Notes under the pieces: generated by a model
The model's database searches: none
What the model was told of the DNA's origin: nothing
What the model saw: only the letters and a program-made list of their open reading frames with translations
From: Bacillales bacterium
GTDB taxonomy: Bacteria > Bacillota > Bacilli > JARBTR01
Assembly (NCBI GenBank): GCA_031554215.1
Contig: JAVBKF010000036.1
Location: forward strand, 1-54,066
DNA: 54,066 bases
Direction: 5' to 3'
Position numbers and translations under genes: made by a program
Part shown: positions 18,961-28,103 of the stretch, one piece after another
Numbering within the stretch: position 1 is the first letter of the stretch
How the letters are laid out: each line of letters starts with the position of its first letter

Positions 18961-20112
18961 ATGCTGAAAAAAACTGTAATCATGGTCTTTCTTGTCGTTT
19001 TTCTAGGAAATATATCGATGTCAGTGGAAGCGAGCGGTGTTCGCGCAGAGGACAGGGTGTATTACATTGATGTTGATCGCTTTGTTGATGGGCGTAATGA
19101 GAATAACCCTGCGGTTGATCCTTATAATGACTCGGAGATTCGGGGCGGGGATCTAGTGGGTGTGTATCAGAAATTAGATGTGATTCAAAGTATGGGTTTC
19201 ACAACGATTTGTCTTAGCCCCTTGCTAAATGTGAGTGGGGAGATTTACCCGTACTTTGGGACGGAGCAGGACCTCAAACAGTTGGTTCGTAAAGTGCACG
19301 AAATGAAAATGACAGTGAAGATTGCTTACAGTTCCGAAACGAGTCGCACCCAGGTAAAGGATTTTGCGCAAATGCATCAAGTGGATGGAATACTAGATGC
19401 TAGTCAATTAGAGACAGCACAATCAGCTATAATGAGATCTGTTTTCTCGAAACCGAATACACCGATTTCTGAACTCAGCGAAGTGAGGTATCAGCAAGGT
19501 ACGATGATTGCGATTGATGGTCCGACATCTGAGCGGTTTACCCATACCATTGTCGAAGCGAAACAATTTCCTGCGACAAGATGGAAGCTAGCTTTAACCT
19601 ATCTTTATACGACGCCACAAATACCGATTATTTACTATGGGTCGGAAGCTAGTCTAAACGGTGGGGCACCGCCGGATAATCGTCCAATGATGTCACTAGT
19701 TGACAGAGATATTGCTGACTTAATGACGAAATTAGCCAATATCAGGGATACGTATCCTGTGTTGACGAAAGGCAATATCACATTTTTGAAAAGCCCTAGT
19801 GGCGTCCTAGTATATGAACGGCGTTACCAAGGTAAACAAGCGGTGATTGTCATCAACAACAGTATGAAAACGAAGACAATTCATCTTGATCATCGTGCGT
19901 TTGGACAAGACAAAGAATTACGCGGGATGCTGCACGGCTACCGGGTGCAAAATGAGACGGATGGTTATGCGATTACGCTTGATCCAGAAACGAGCGAGAT
20001 TTATATTGCCGGTGATAAGACCGGTTTTAACTATGCAATTGCAGTTGCACCGATTGTGGCTTTCATGGTTTTTGGTAATTTGTTTATCTTTATGAAGAAG
20101 CGAAAGCACTAG
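18961..20112 (+). CDS. Alpha-amylase (GH13)-like protein, apparently non-catalytic, with a signal peptide and a C-terminal TM anchor
   Basis: The N-terminal signal is followed by YYIDVDRFVDGRNENNP...GGDLVGVYQKLDVIQSMGFTTICLSP and a C-terminal beta-domain. The conserved GH13 regions I, III and IV are not recognisable. The tail is AIAVAPIVAFMVFGNLFIFMKKRKH. Confidence 0.6.
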   Translation: MLKKTVIMVFLVVFLGNISMSVEASGVRAEDRVYYIDVDRFVDGRNENNPAVDPYNDSEIRGGDLVGVYQKLDVIQSMGFTTICLSPLLNVSGEIYPYFGTEQDLKQLVRKVHEMKMTVKIAYSSETSRTQVKDFAQMHQVDGILDASQLETAQSAIMRSVFSKPNTPISELSEVRYQQGTMIAIDGPTSERFTHTIVEAKQFPATRWKLALTYLYTTPQIPIIYYGSEASLNGGAPPDNRPMMSLVDRDIADLMTKLANIRDTYPVLTKGNITFLKSPSGVLVYERRYQGKQAVIVINNSMKTKTIHLDHRAFGQDKELRGMLHGYRVQNETDGYAITLDPETSEIYIAGDKTGFNYAIAVAPIVAFMVFGNLFIFMKKRKH

Positions 20113-20130
20113 CTCTGTGTGCTAAACAAA

Positions 20131-20178
20131 AAACAAGCATGTGCGACTGCGGTACTCCCGAGAGAACATGCTTGTTTT
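20131..20178. terminator. Bidirectional terminator between the GH13-like gene and yajQ
   Basis: AAACAAGCATGT (20131-20142) / ACATGCTTGTTTT (20166-20178), with an A-run before and a T-run after. Confidence 0.6.
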
Positions 20179-20189
20179 GGGCTCAGCAA

Positions 20190-20690
20190 TTAGCGATAAT
20201 TCACAAATTGCATTTCTACCGTTAAATTTTTTGCTTCTCTTACGAGTGAGATGATTTTTTGGAGGTCATCTTTGTTCTTTCCTGTTACGCGCATTTGATC
20301 ATCTTGAATCTGTGTTTTTACTTTGACTCCACTATTTTTGATTAATGTGTTCAAAATTTTTGCGTTATCACGATCAATACCTTGCATTAGTTTCACACGC
20401 TGCCTGACTGTGGCACTTGCTGCGCCTTCTACTTTTCCGTAATCGAGATTACCAATTGGTACACCGCGTTTAATCAGTTTTGTCAGCAAAACATCTTTCA
20501 GTTGATCCAATTTATACTCATCATCTGAGACAAGCACCAATTCTTCCTTTTCTTTCTCCAGCTTGATTTCGCTCTTACTTCCTTTGAAGTCATAGCGTGT
20601 TGCAATTTCCTTTGTAGCTGCTGTTACCGCGTTGACGACTTCAGGTATCTCAACCTTTGAGACGATATCAAATGAACATTCTTTTGCCAA
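20190..20690 (-). CDS. YajQ family cyclic-di-GMP/nucleotide-binding protein (UPF0234)
   Basis: (M)[21 protein letters not shown] matches the YajQ N-terminus. TTG 20690 lies 7 nt after GGAGGAG. The 60-codon upstream extension in the ORF track is spurious. Confidence 0.85.
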   Translation of the reverse strand: MAKECSFDIVSKVEIPEVVNAVTAATKEIATRYDFKGSKSEIKLEKEKEELVLVSDDEYKLDQLKDVLLTKLIKRGVPIGNLDYGKVEGAASATVRQRVKLMQGIDRDNAKILNTLIKNSGVKVKTQIQDDQMRVTGKNKDDLQKIISLVREAKNLTVEMQFVNYR

Positions 20691-20898
20691 TAAAATCTCC
20701 TCCAGATCCTTTTTCTTTATTATAAAATTTTTTGTGAAATAAGGAAAGCACGTCCTTAGTTTATTATCCTTGTGACCAATGTAGTATGACCTCGTTCGAT
20801 GCGAGTGCCGAGTAGTTCTAAAGTAACAGGTTAAAATCTTATTAAAGCACCATGAAATAAGGAACTGCATTATCGCCAGTCCCTCGTTTTCTGCTCTA

Positions 20899-21753
20899 TT
20901 ATTGCAGTTTATTTAAGAATGTAATGCACAGTGCGCCAGGACCCGCATGCGCTGTGATCGAAGCACCGATTTCAGTGATTTCAAATTGCTTCACATCGAA
21001 TCTTTCTTCAATCTGTGCTTTGACATTCAGTGCCTCATCAAGACAATCAGCATGACAAATACCAACGGTTTGCTTCGATAATTGATCGCCCATGGCAGCC
21101 ATTTTTTGAAAAAGAGCTTCGTATAATTTTTTTTTGCCACGAAATTTATCAATTGGCTCAATTTTTCCGTCAACTATGGTTAGTAAAGGTTTGATATTGA
21201 GCATACCACCGACAAAAGCAGCTCTTCGGGTCATCCGGCCACCACGTGCAATGTAATCTAGATTATCGACCGTAAATAAGTGCTCCGTATGCCGGGCCAT
21301 GGACTCAGCAAACGCAATCAATTCTTCATAACTGTACGCATGCTGCTTGTGTACGCATGCTTTTACAACTAGTCCAAGCCCAATTGAAGCACATTTTGAG
21401 TCGATGACTTTCATTTGAAAATCAGGATAATCTTCTTTGACGAGATCGCGGAGCATGAGTGCTGTCGCAAATGTACCGCTGAGTTCTGAAGAAAAGACGA
21501 GATAGATCCCTTGCTGTTTTTCCTCGGCAATCTTTCTGAAGGCAGCTTCGATCATCGCTGGTGAACCGTGTGATGTTTTCGGTGATCCTCCAGCCCGCAT
21601 GAAGTCATTTACTTCTTTCGGCGATATAGAGACCTTGTCTAGGTAGTCGATTCCATTGATATGAACACCATGAGGGATACTAATTAAATTATTTTCCTCG
21701 AAATACGACAGTGGTAAGTCACTAGGACCATCCGCAATGATTTGAATTGTCAC
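20899..21753 (-). CDS. DegV family fatty-acid-binding protein
   Basis: 284 aa. The [11 protein letters not shown]-terminus and overall pattern are typical of DegV/EDD-fold proteins. Confidence 0.8.
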   Translation of the reverse strand: MTIQIIADGPSDLPLSYFEENNLISIPHGVHINGIDYLDKVSISPKEVNDFMRAGGSPKTSHGSPAMIEAAFRKIAEEKQQGIYLVFSSELSGTFATALMLRDLVKEDYPDFQMKVIDSKCASIGLGLVVKACVHKQHAYSYEELIAFAESMARHTEHLFTVDNLDYIARGGRMTRRAAFVGGMLNIKPLLTIVDGKIEPIDKFRGKKKLYEALFQKMAAMGDQLSKQTVGICHADCLDEALNVKAQIEERFDVKQFEITEIGASITAHAGPGALCITFLNKLQ

Positions 21754-22216
21754 TGATTCATCTCCTTTATTGTTAAAAATGTTCTATCATTCGTCTACAA
21801 GTGAGACGACTTTGAGTTATCAGTATCATCGGTCAGTTTAAATGAAACGAATTTAAAATTATCAGTGCAGTGAAGAAAGTTAATGTCCAAACGACGTAAT
21901 GTCCTTTCCTAACTTATCACTTTCTCCTTATATTTTCAATATACCCTGTTTTGTTTTAACTTTTTTTTCGCCTACAGACCTATAGGTCATTGACTTCTTC
22001 ATTAAATATTTATTTTTAACTTCTGTGCTCTCTGCTCATTAACCTGCACATCATCACAGTTTTTTCTGCTCATCTTGAACAAGGGAGATGCCTATATTTA
22101 GGCTGTTACCAGTGATAGATGTTCCTAATGGGTTCATGTGTTTACCCAACAAATAGGTCGTTGGCAGGTAGAATGGAGATGTCCATTGCTCATCATAATA
22201 GTGATGTATTTAACTG

Positions 22217-22236
22217 ATGTGACATGATTGTCACAT
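22217..22236. promoter_or_regulatory. BceR-type response-regulator binding site (7-4-7 inverted repeat) upstream of the ABC transporter
   Basis: ATGTGACA-tgat-TGTCACAT is a perfect inverted repeat. It ends 41 bp upstream of a TATAGT -10 (22278-22283) that lacks a good -35, as expected for an activator-dependent promoter. Confidence 0.65.
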
Positions 22237-22337
22237 TGAAAGAGGATACTGCGATGGATGGACGTGCGCCCGGCCAGTATAGTTAGGGTACCCGAATAAA
22301 TTGAAAGCTACATGTTTAGCATGAAGGAGTGAATGAG

Positions 22338-23081
22338 ATGAATATCATCGAAACGAAGAATTTAGTGAAACAATATGGAAAGGTAACTGTGCTCAAGGGG
22401 ATTGATTTAACGATTCAGTCAGGTGAACTAACTGCTATTATGGGGCCGTCTGGTTCTGGGAAGTCAACACTGATGAACGTGTTGTCATCAATTGATCAGA
22501 TATCCGGTGGTGAAATCTGGCTTGAAGGTCAATCTGTTTTAGATGTAACCAAAAAGAAGTTGCGTCTATTTCGTCAAGAGAAAATGGGCTTTATTTTCCA
22601 AGATTATAATCTTTTAGATACACTGACTGTAAAGGAAAATATCCTTTTGCCACTATCACTTAAGCGGGTTACAGCAAGTGAAATGGAGAAGCGACTTGCA
22701 CCGATTATCAAAGCACTGAATTTAGAAGACCTATTAGATAAGTACCCAACAGAAATTTCAGGTGGACAAAAACAACGGACTGCTTCTGCAAGAGCGATTA
22801 TCACAAGCCCTGCAATTGTCTTTGCTGATGAACCAACGGGTGCACTTGATTCGCGCTCAGCGACGCATTTATTGGAACAACTTGTTTTGCTCAATGAGGT
22901 GTTTAAGACGACACTCCTGATGGTGACACATGATGTCTTTGCTGCGAGCTATTGCAAACGAATTATTTTTCTTCGTGATGGTGCGATTGTCAATGAAATT
23001 TATCGTGGTGATCTCGATCAGAAGCAATTCTATCAGCAAATTTTGAATACACAAAGCTGGATTGGGGGGGGACACGGATGA
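22338..23081 (+). CDS. BceA-like ABC transporter ATP-binding protein (peptide-antibiotic resistance type)
   Basis: Walker A GPSGSGKST, signature SGGQKQR and Walker B IVFADEPT are all present. ATG 22338 lies 8 nt after GGAG, whereas the track's GTG 22329 overlaps the SD. Confidence 0.9.
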   Translation: MNIIETKNLVKQYGKVTVLKGIDLTIQSGELTAIMGPSGSGKSTLMNVLSSIDQISGGEIWLEGQSVLDVTKKKLRLFRQEKMGFIFQDYNLLDTLTVKENILLPLSLKRVTASEMEKRLAPIIKALNLEDLLDKYPTEISGGQKQRTASARAIITSPAIVFADEPTGALDSRSATHLLEQLVLLNEVFKTTLLMVTHDVFAASYCKRIIFLRDGAIVNEIYRGDLDQKQFYQQILNTQSWIGGGHG

Positions 23082-25048
23082 GCCTCCTCGCGCTAACTAA
23101 ACGAAATTTCCAGCGGAACTTTCAATTGTATGGCATCTATTTGGTTTCAATGATTCTAGGTGTGGTCATTTATTTCACCTTTTCTGCGCTGACGTATAAC
23201 GAAGACATCTTGAATTCCGTTGATGGGAAGGAATATTTTCAGTTAGGGATCCAGCTAGGTTCCGCTGTGATGTTCATCTTCATTGTTTTCTTTATCCTCT
23301 ACGCAAATACTTTCTTTATGAAACAACGAACAAAAGAGTTTGGTATGTATTTGCTGTTTGGGATGAATGAGCGTCAAATTGCGTTTATGGTATTCTATGA
23401 AACGGTATTTATTGTCGCCGTTTCACTTGTAATAGGGCTTGTTACTGGCGGGATTTTGTCAAAGTTCTTTGGCACCATTTTGATGAATTTAATGCATTAT
23501 GAGGGAACAGTGTCAGTGTCTTTCCCGATTGAATCGATTCTTTCAACGACCGTTCTTTTTTTATTGCTCGCTGTTATGATTACGCTGCAAAGCTATTGGA
23601 TGGTTAAACGTGTACAATTGGTTGATTTATTTCACGCCAAAGAGAAATTGGAGAAGCCGATTCGGCCATCTGTTTGGGTTGCATTACTGTCTATCCTATT
23701 ACTCGCTACTTCACTGTACATGATAAGCTTAGGAACTGAGGCTGATATCTGGCGTGATCATACAAAGGTTAGTATGATTTCTGTTGTCGTAGGTATGATT
23801 GTTGGTACGTACTTATTTTTCCGGCAATTTACTGGGTGGCTACTGAGTACTGTGACAAAACGGAAACGTTACCATGAAGGTGATACTGCACTCTGGACAG
23901 GTTCGCTGCGTTTTCAGGCAAAGGGTAATGCGTTGACATTAACTTTCATTTCACTTTTCAGTGTTGTGCTAATCTTCTTAGTAGGATTTGTCCTTATTAA
24001 CTATCAGGTACAGTTTTCAGCAAGCCGTATTAACTTGCCAAATGATATTGCCTTTCAGTCAATGGACAAAGAGACAAATGCAGAAATTGACGCGATGATT
24101 GAGCAGTCAGATCATGATATCCAGTACCACTACACTTTGAACAGTGTGCAAGCGAAACCGTTGTCGGATATCGAGCCAGCCTTTGAAAACGCTGGCATGT
24201 ACACGAAGGACGTGTATCTGGTTTCTGAAACGGCGTACAATGATCTGAGAGTATTACGCAGCGACGGGGACGCGATTGACCTAAACGGAAAAGAAGCCAT
24301 TTCAATGTCACAAGGAACGGATAAAGAAAAGAAATATACTGCTGGTACGGGCGAGGCGCCAGAGATCGTTCTTGCTACAAGTGATCAGGAAGTGACCTTT
24401 GAATTAGTTGAAAAACAAAATTATGCACTGCTTGGTTGGGCGACTGATCCTGATCAAGGAATGCTCTATAAGCCGGCTGTACTTGTCGTTTCTGATGAAG
24501 CCTATCAAGAAATGACTGTTCAAGAAGGGGTTAAACCCTTTGAAATCTATCAGGTGGAAGATAGTAAGATGGCTGGCGAACTATCAGAAGATGTCCATGC
24601 GCTTGTGAGCGGGCAGAAAGAGTCCTATTACTCATCGTTTGCTGATATCTACCCAATTCAAATTGAGAATTCTTCACTGCTCCTGTTTGCCAGTTCCTTT
24701 CTAGCGGCAATTGCGATCTTTGCACTCGCTAGTGTCATCTATTTCAAGCAATTACGTGAGGCGACAGAAGAGCAAAGACATTACCAAATACTCGGGAAAA
24801 TGGGGATGGAAGAGCGCCAGATGAAATCGGTAATTCGTAAACAACAATTCTTTGTTTTCTTCCCGCCACTATTACTCGGAATAGTTGAAAGTGCTTTCAT
24901 GATTAAGTACTTCATGCTTGATAATATTCAGGGAATCACGGGACTTGAGAAAACGGTTGTCGGGTTGTATATCATCTATTTTATCATCTATTTCTTGCTC
25001 TATTTATCATCGACAAAGCTTTACTACCGCATTGTTCGGCAACGTTAA
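23078..25048 (+). CDS. BceB-like ABC transporter permease (FtsX family, 10 TM with a large extracellular domain)
   Basis: 656 aa. It has an ATGA overlap with the ATPase gene and a roughly 200 aa hydrophilic domain between TM blocks, typical of BceB/PsdB/YxdM. Confidence 0.85.
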   Translation: MSLLALTKRNFQRNFQLYGIYLVSMILGVVIYFTFSALTYNEDILNSVDGKEYFQLGIQLGSAVMFIFIVFFILYANTFFMKQRTKEFGMYLLFGMNERQIAFMVFYETVFIVAVSLVIGLVTGGILSKFFGTILMNLMHYEGTVSVSFPIESILSTTVLFLLLAVMITLQSYWMVKRVQLVDLFHAKEKLEKPIRPSVWVALLSILLLATSLYMISLGTEADIWRDHTKVSMISVVVGMIVGTYLFFRQFTGWLLSTVTKRKRYHEGDTALWTGSLRFQAKGNALTLTFISLFSVVLIFLVGFVLINYQVQFSASRINLPNDIAFQSMDKETNAEIDAMIEQSDHDIQYHYTLNSVQAKPLSDIEPAFENAGMYTKDVYLVSETAYNDLRVLRSDGDAIDLNGKEAISMSQGTDKEKKYTAGTGEAPEIVLATSDQEVTFELVEKQNYALLGWATDPDQGMLYKPAVLVVSDEAYQEMTVQEGVKPFEIYQVEDSKMAGELSEDVHALVSGQKESYYSSFADIYPIQIENSSLLLFASSFLAAIAIFALASVIYFKQLREATEEQRHYQILGKMGMEERQMKSVIRKQQFFVFFPPLLLGIVESAFMIKYFMLDNIQGITGLEKTVVGLYIIYFIIYFLLYLSSTKLYYRIVRQR

Positions 25049-25281
25049 ATACTTGCCAAACATGTGTATGCGTTATCAATTGTGGGGCAAAGTAATTGAA
25101 GAAGTGACATGGAAATAAGCTAGGAATGGTCTCCATGAGTCCACTCAGGCAATCATTCCCTTCCTGCTGATTGAAAAGGAAATGATCGATAAATATATAC
25201 GTTAAATAGGGGAGGAGGAAGGTGTCTACACATGGTATGATAAATTAGATTGAATTGCGAAGACTCGGAGGAGAAACGTTC

Positions 25282-25539
25282 ATGGATACAAAGGTTTGCC
25301 AAAGTTGCGCAATGCCACTTACAAGTGAGGAATTGTTTGGGAAGAATGCTGATGGGAGTAAGAATGAGGATTATTGCAAATACTGCTTTGATCAAGGTGC
25401 GTTTACAACAACCACAACGATGGAAGAGATGATTGCAATGTGTGCTCCGCATATGATGAAAGCGAATCCCAATATGAGTGAGCATGATGCACAAGAGAAG
25501 TTGCGACAATACTTTCCATCACTTAAACGCTGGCAGTAG
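25282..25539 (+). CDS. Putative zinc-ribbon domain protein
   Basis: MDTKVCQSCAMPL...GSKNEDYCKYCFDQGAF...FPSLKRWQ matches the small zinc-ribbon family with an N-terminal CxxC...CxxC. GGAGGAG lies 8 nt upstream of ATG 25282. Confidence 0.75.
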   Translation: MDTKVCQSCAMPLTSEELFGKNADGSKNEDYCKYCFDQGAFTTTTTMEEMIAMCAPHMMKANPNMSEHDAQEKLRQYFPSLKRWQ

Positions 25540-25684
25540 ACTAGCATTATGGCCGGCTAGTAGCAAGCAGGATGTGATTGGCTAGATCGTCATTCAGACC
25601 GCTGGTTGCGAGATTTAACAGTCGCCTAGACATGTGCAAATACAGGAAATAGTCAGTATTTCTGAGCGCAAATCTAGGCGATTG

Positions 25685-26680
25685 CTATTTTTCAACATTT
25701 TCAGCAATGTGTATAAATTGGTCGTCGTTTTTCGGAAAATGAATCGCCATTCTGGTAAAATGATTCATCTCTGAGGTACAGGTAATGTAGTGTCCCAGTT
25801 TATTAGACAGTTGCTGTGCCAGATACAACCCCATGCCAGTTGATTTCGCATGATTACGCCCGTTCGTTCCAGTAAATCCTCGATTGAAAATTCTAGGCAT
25901 GTCCTTTTCGGAAATCCCAACACCATTATCCTCAATTATCAATCGCCTTTCCTGCGCTGTTTCTACAGTCGTAATGGTAATGACACCATTTTCACCTACA
26001 TACTTCAAACTATTCGTAATCAGTTGATTGACAATAAACTGTAGCCACTTACGATCGCTTGTGACAGCGCAAGAAGTCATTTTTAGCTCAATACGAATTT
26101 TGTGTGAAATGAACGCTTTTGCATGTAGCTTAACGACTGCGGTTGAAATCGCCTTTAAATCGCAATTGCTGATTTCATAGTCCTGATGGAAGGTATCAAG
26201 TTTAGCGTAATAAAGCGTTTGATCAACATAATGTTCAATTTTCACGACTTCTTCTTGTAGGCTTTTTGAATCGATTTCTGTTTGTCCTAATAAACGCAAA
26301 ACCGCAATTGGCGTTTTAATTTCATGAACGAATGCTACGATGAAATCGTGATAGTCTCGCTGTTTTGCTTGTTCGACATTCAGCGATTTGATATGTTGTC
26401 GTTTCAATTCCTCAATAGCTTTATGATAGTGCAGTCCTTCAAATGAAACGGTGATTGCTTGTGAATCCATGATATGTTGTAACGACTGGGTTATTCGTAG
26501 GTACCGTAAACCTATGAAAACAGCTAAAGCAATGGTGATGAGCAGCAGGGTATAGAAGAAATTACGCCACTGCCAATCTGCATGACTACTAGTCGCAAAG
26601 ACGAGCGAGATCGTCAAAAATGATCCAAAAAAAAGTAGGATGTACCCTGTTTCATATTTCAAAAATTGGAGAAATTTCAT
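25685..26680 (-). CDS. BceS-like intramembrane-sensing histidine kinase
   Basis: 331 aa with two N-terminal TM helices and almost no extracellular loop. It has an H-box FVHEIKTPI and an HATPase domain (DNGVGI, GTGMGLYL). Its start overlaps the response-regulator stop. Confidence 0.85.
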   Translation of the reverse strand: MKFLQFLKYETGYILLFFGSFLTISLVFATSSHADWQWRNFFYTLLLITIALAVFIGLRYLRITQSLQHIMDSQAITVSFEGLHYHKAIEELKRQHIKSLNVEQAKQRDYHDFIVAFVHEIKTPIAVLRLLGQTEIDSKSLQEEVVKIEHYVDQTLYYAKLDTFHQDYEISNCDLKAISTAVVKLHAKAFISHKIRIELKMTSCAVTSDRKWLQFIVNQLITNSLKYVGENGVITITTVETAQERRLIIEDNGVGISEKDMPRIFNRGFTGTNGRNHAKSTGMGLYLAQQLSNKLGHYITCTSEMNHFTRMAIHFPKNDDQFIHIAENVEK

Positions 26681-27354
26681 TCAATCAGGTACCCCATTCC
26701 TTTTCGCGTAACAATAAATTGTTCGAGTCCAAGCTGAGTGATTTTTTTACGAAGCCGGTTGACATTTACTGTTAACGTATTGTCGTCAACAAATTGATCG
26801 TTATTCCACAATGCTTGCATCAGTTCATCACGGGCAATAATCTTTCCGATACTGCGCATCATCAGTTGAAGCAGGATAAATTCATTACGCGTGAGCTCTA
26901 TCACTTCATTTTGATATTGAACAGTAGAATTGGCTAGGAAAAAACAAAGACCCCGGTGCGTAAGCTCTAGATTATTCTGATCAGCATCATAGGTATATTT
27001 ACGACGGAAAATGGCATTTACTTTCGCAACTAGAACATCTAAATCAAAAGGTTTTTGCACATAATCGTCACCACCCATGTTCATCGCCATGATCATATCC
27101 ATATTCTGTGTACGCGAAGATAGGAAGACAATCGGTACCTTTGAGATGGTGCGGATTTGTGCACACCAATGGTAGCCATCCAGAAAAGGGAGGTTAATAT
27201 CCATCAGTACGAGATGTGGTTCGGACGAAGTGAAATCGTTTAGAACATGGCTGAAGTCGCTCACTTCAAATACATCATAACGCCATTTTCTGAGTGATTC
27301 GGAAATAATTCGCCTAATTTTTTCATCATCTTCAACAATCATAATTCGATACAT
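26677..27354 (-). CDS. BceR-like OmpR-family response regulator
   Basis: It has a receiver domain (IMIVEDD...LVLMDINLP) and a winged-helix output (LTVNVNRLRKK). ATG 27354 lies 8 nt after GGAG. Confidence 0.9.
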   Translation of the reverse strand: MYRIMIVEDDEKIRRIISESLRKWRYDVFEVSDFSHVLNDFTSSEPHLVLMDINLPFLDGYHWCAQIRTISKVPIVFLSSRTQNMDMIMAMNMGGDDYVQKPFDLDVLVAKVNAIFRRKYTYDADQNNLELTHRGLCFFLANSTVQYQNEVIELTRNEFILLQLMMRSIGKIIARDELMQALWNNDQFVDDNTLTVNVNRLRKKITQLGLEQFIVTRKGMGYLIE

Positions 27355-27494
27355 ATGCAAGTCTCCTTTGTAACCAGAAGCGGTTCTATTATCCTGTATG
27401 GTTTGTCTAATTCATCGCTTTATTATATCAAAATTCACAGGAGAAAAGAGGATCGTTTTAGCAAAATGTCCTTTGCATGCGTTGTTTTTCTTCA

Positions 27495-27526
27495 TAAGAA
27501 AGGGGGTGCTATTTGGATAGCACCCC
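27495..27526 (-). terminator. Rho-independent terminator of the 39 aa gene
   Basis: GGGGTGCTAT (27503-27512) / ATAGCACCCC (27517-27526), a perfect 10 bp stem with a 4 nt loop. CTTTCTT follows on the minus strand. Confidence 0.65.
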
Positions 27527-27541
27527 ACAATAGCGCGTACT

Positions 27542-27661
27542 TTACTTGCCCTTTGACTCTGCTTCTGCAAGCGTAGAATGGTAAGTAAAGCGCTCATCAT
27601 GTTTTGCGACGGAGACTTTACCTTGACCAACGAACCGTTTTGATTTAGAACGTTTTCCCAT
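27542..27661 (-). CDS. Small basic hypothetical protein (39 aa)
   Basis: GGAGGGA lies 7 nt upstream of ATG 27661. The product is MGKRSKSKRFVGQGKVSVAKHDERFTYHSTLAEAESKGK, and a strong terminator follows directly. The 111 aa version in the ORF track has no SD. Confidence 0.55.
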   Translation of the reverse strand: MGKRSKSKRFVGQGKVSVAKHDERFTYHSTLAEAESKGK

Positions 27662-28103
27662 GTGTAGTCCCTCCGGTAAAAAATGATCGACACGAATAGT
27701 GTCTACACTAATGTTCCCGGAGCATGAGGTCACTATGTACAGTGTAAGGTTATTATGATGCCGATTCTTTGCAGGGCAACAGGATAACCTTGGGCAAAAA
27801 TATTTGATATTCAGAAAAATTAATTTTAAACATGGTATAATGAGTGGAAAGATTTTTTTTCGCAAAAAGGAGATCATGAAAAATGCTCCTTTGATTTACT
27901 GTGGAAAAAGTGATTTAATGTTTTTAAATGAAATTTTGTTTAGCTGTGTTGTTTACACCATGCTGTTAACAATATGAAGCCATTTTGTTATGTGCTTTTG
28001 TTTGTTTTGTTGGCTTCACGCGTGCGTTGAGTAGCCGTCTAGTCGCAGCAACGGAAAGACCTTTCAGTTAGGCAAGTAAAAAATAAGAGACAAAGGAAAT
28101 GTT

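Noticed and set aside
20691-20870. 60-codon N-terminal extension of the YajQ ORF
   Set aside because: The family N-terminus (M)[11 protein letters not shown] begins at TTG 20690, which has a perfect GGAGGAG. The extension is Cys/Arg/His-rich junk.
21977-21988. 12 bp perfect palindrome GACCTATAGGTC in the degV / bceA intergenic region
   Set aside because: Roughly a dozen 12 bp palindromes are expected by chance in a window this size. It has no second copy and no obvious associated promoter.
25153-25509. 118 aa ORF antisense to the zinc-ribbon gene (and the + strand ORF at 25250-25432)
   Set aside because: The zinc-ribbon frame has an SD, family-typical sequence and CxxC pairs. The alternatives have none of these.
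25622-25681. Nested hairpin CGCCTAGA...TCTAGGCG downstream of the histidine kinase gene
   Set aside because: It is probably just the convergent-gene terminator region. It has no U-tract on either strand and a long loop, so it is too weak to call as a feature.
27355-27877. ORFs 27355-27576 (+), 27412-27693 (-) and the 111 aa version of 27542-27877 (-)
   Set aside because: Only the last 39 codons of the 27542 frame follow an SD. The others cross a strong terminator hairpin and the response-regulator promoter.
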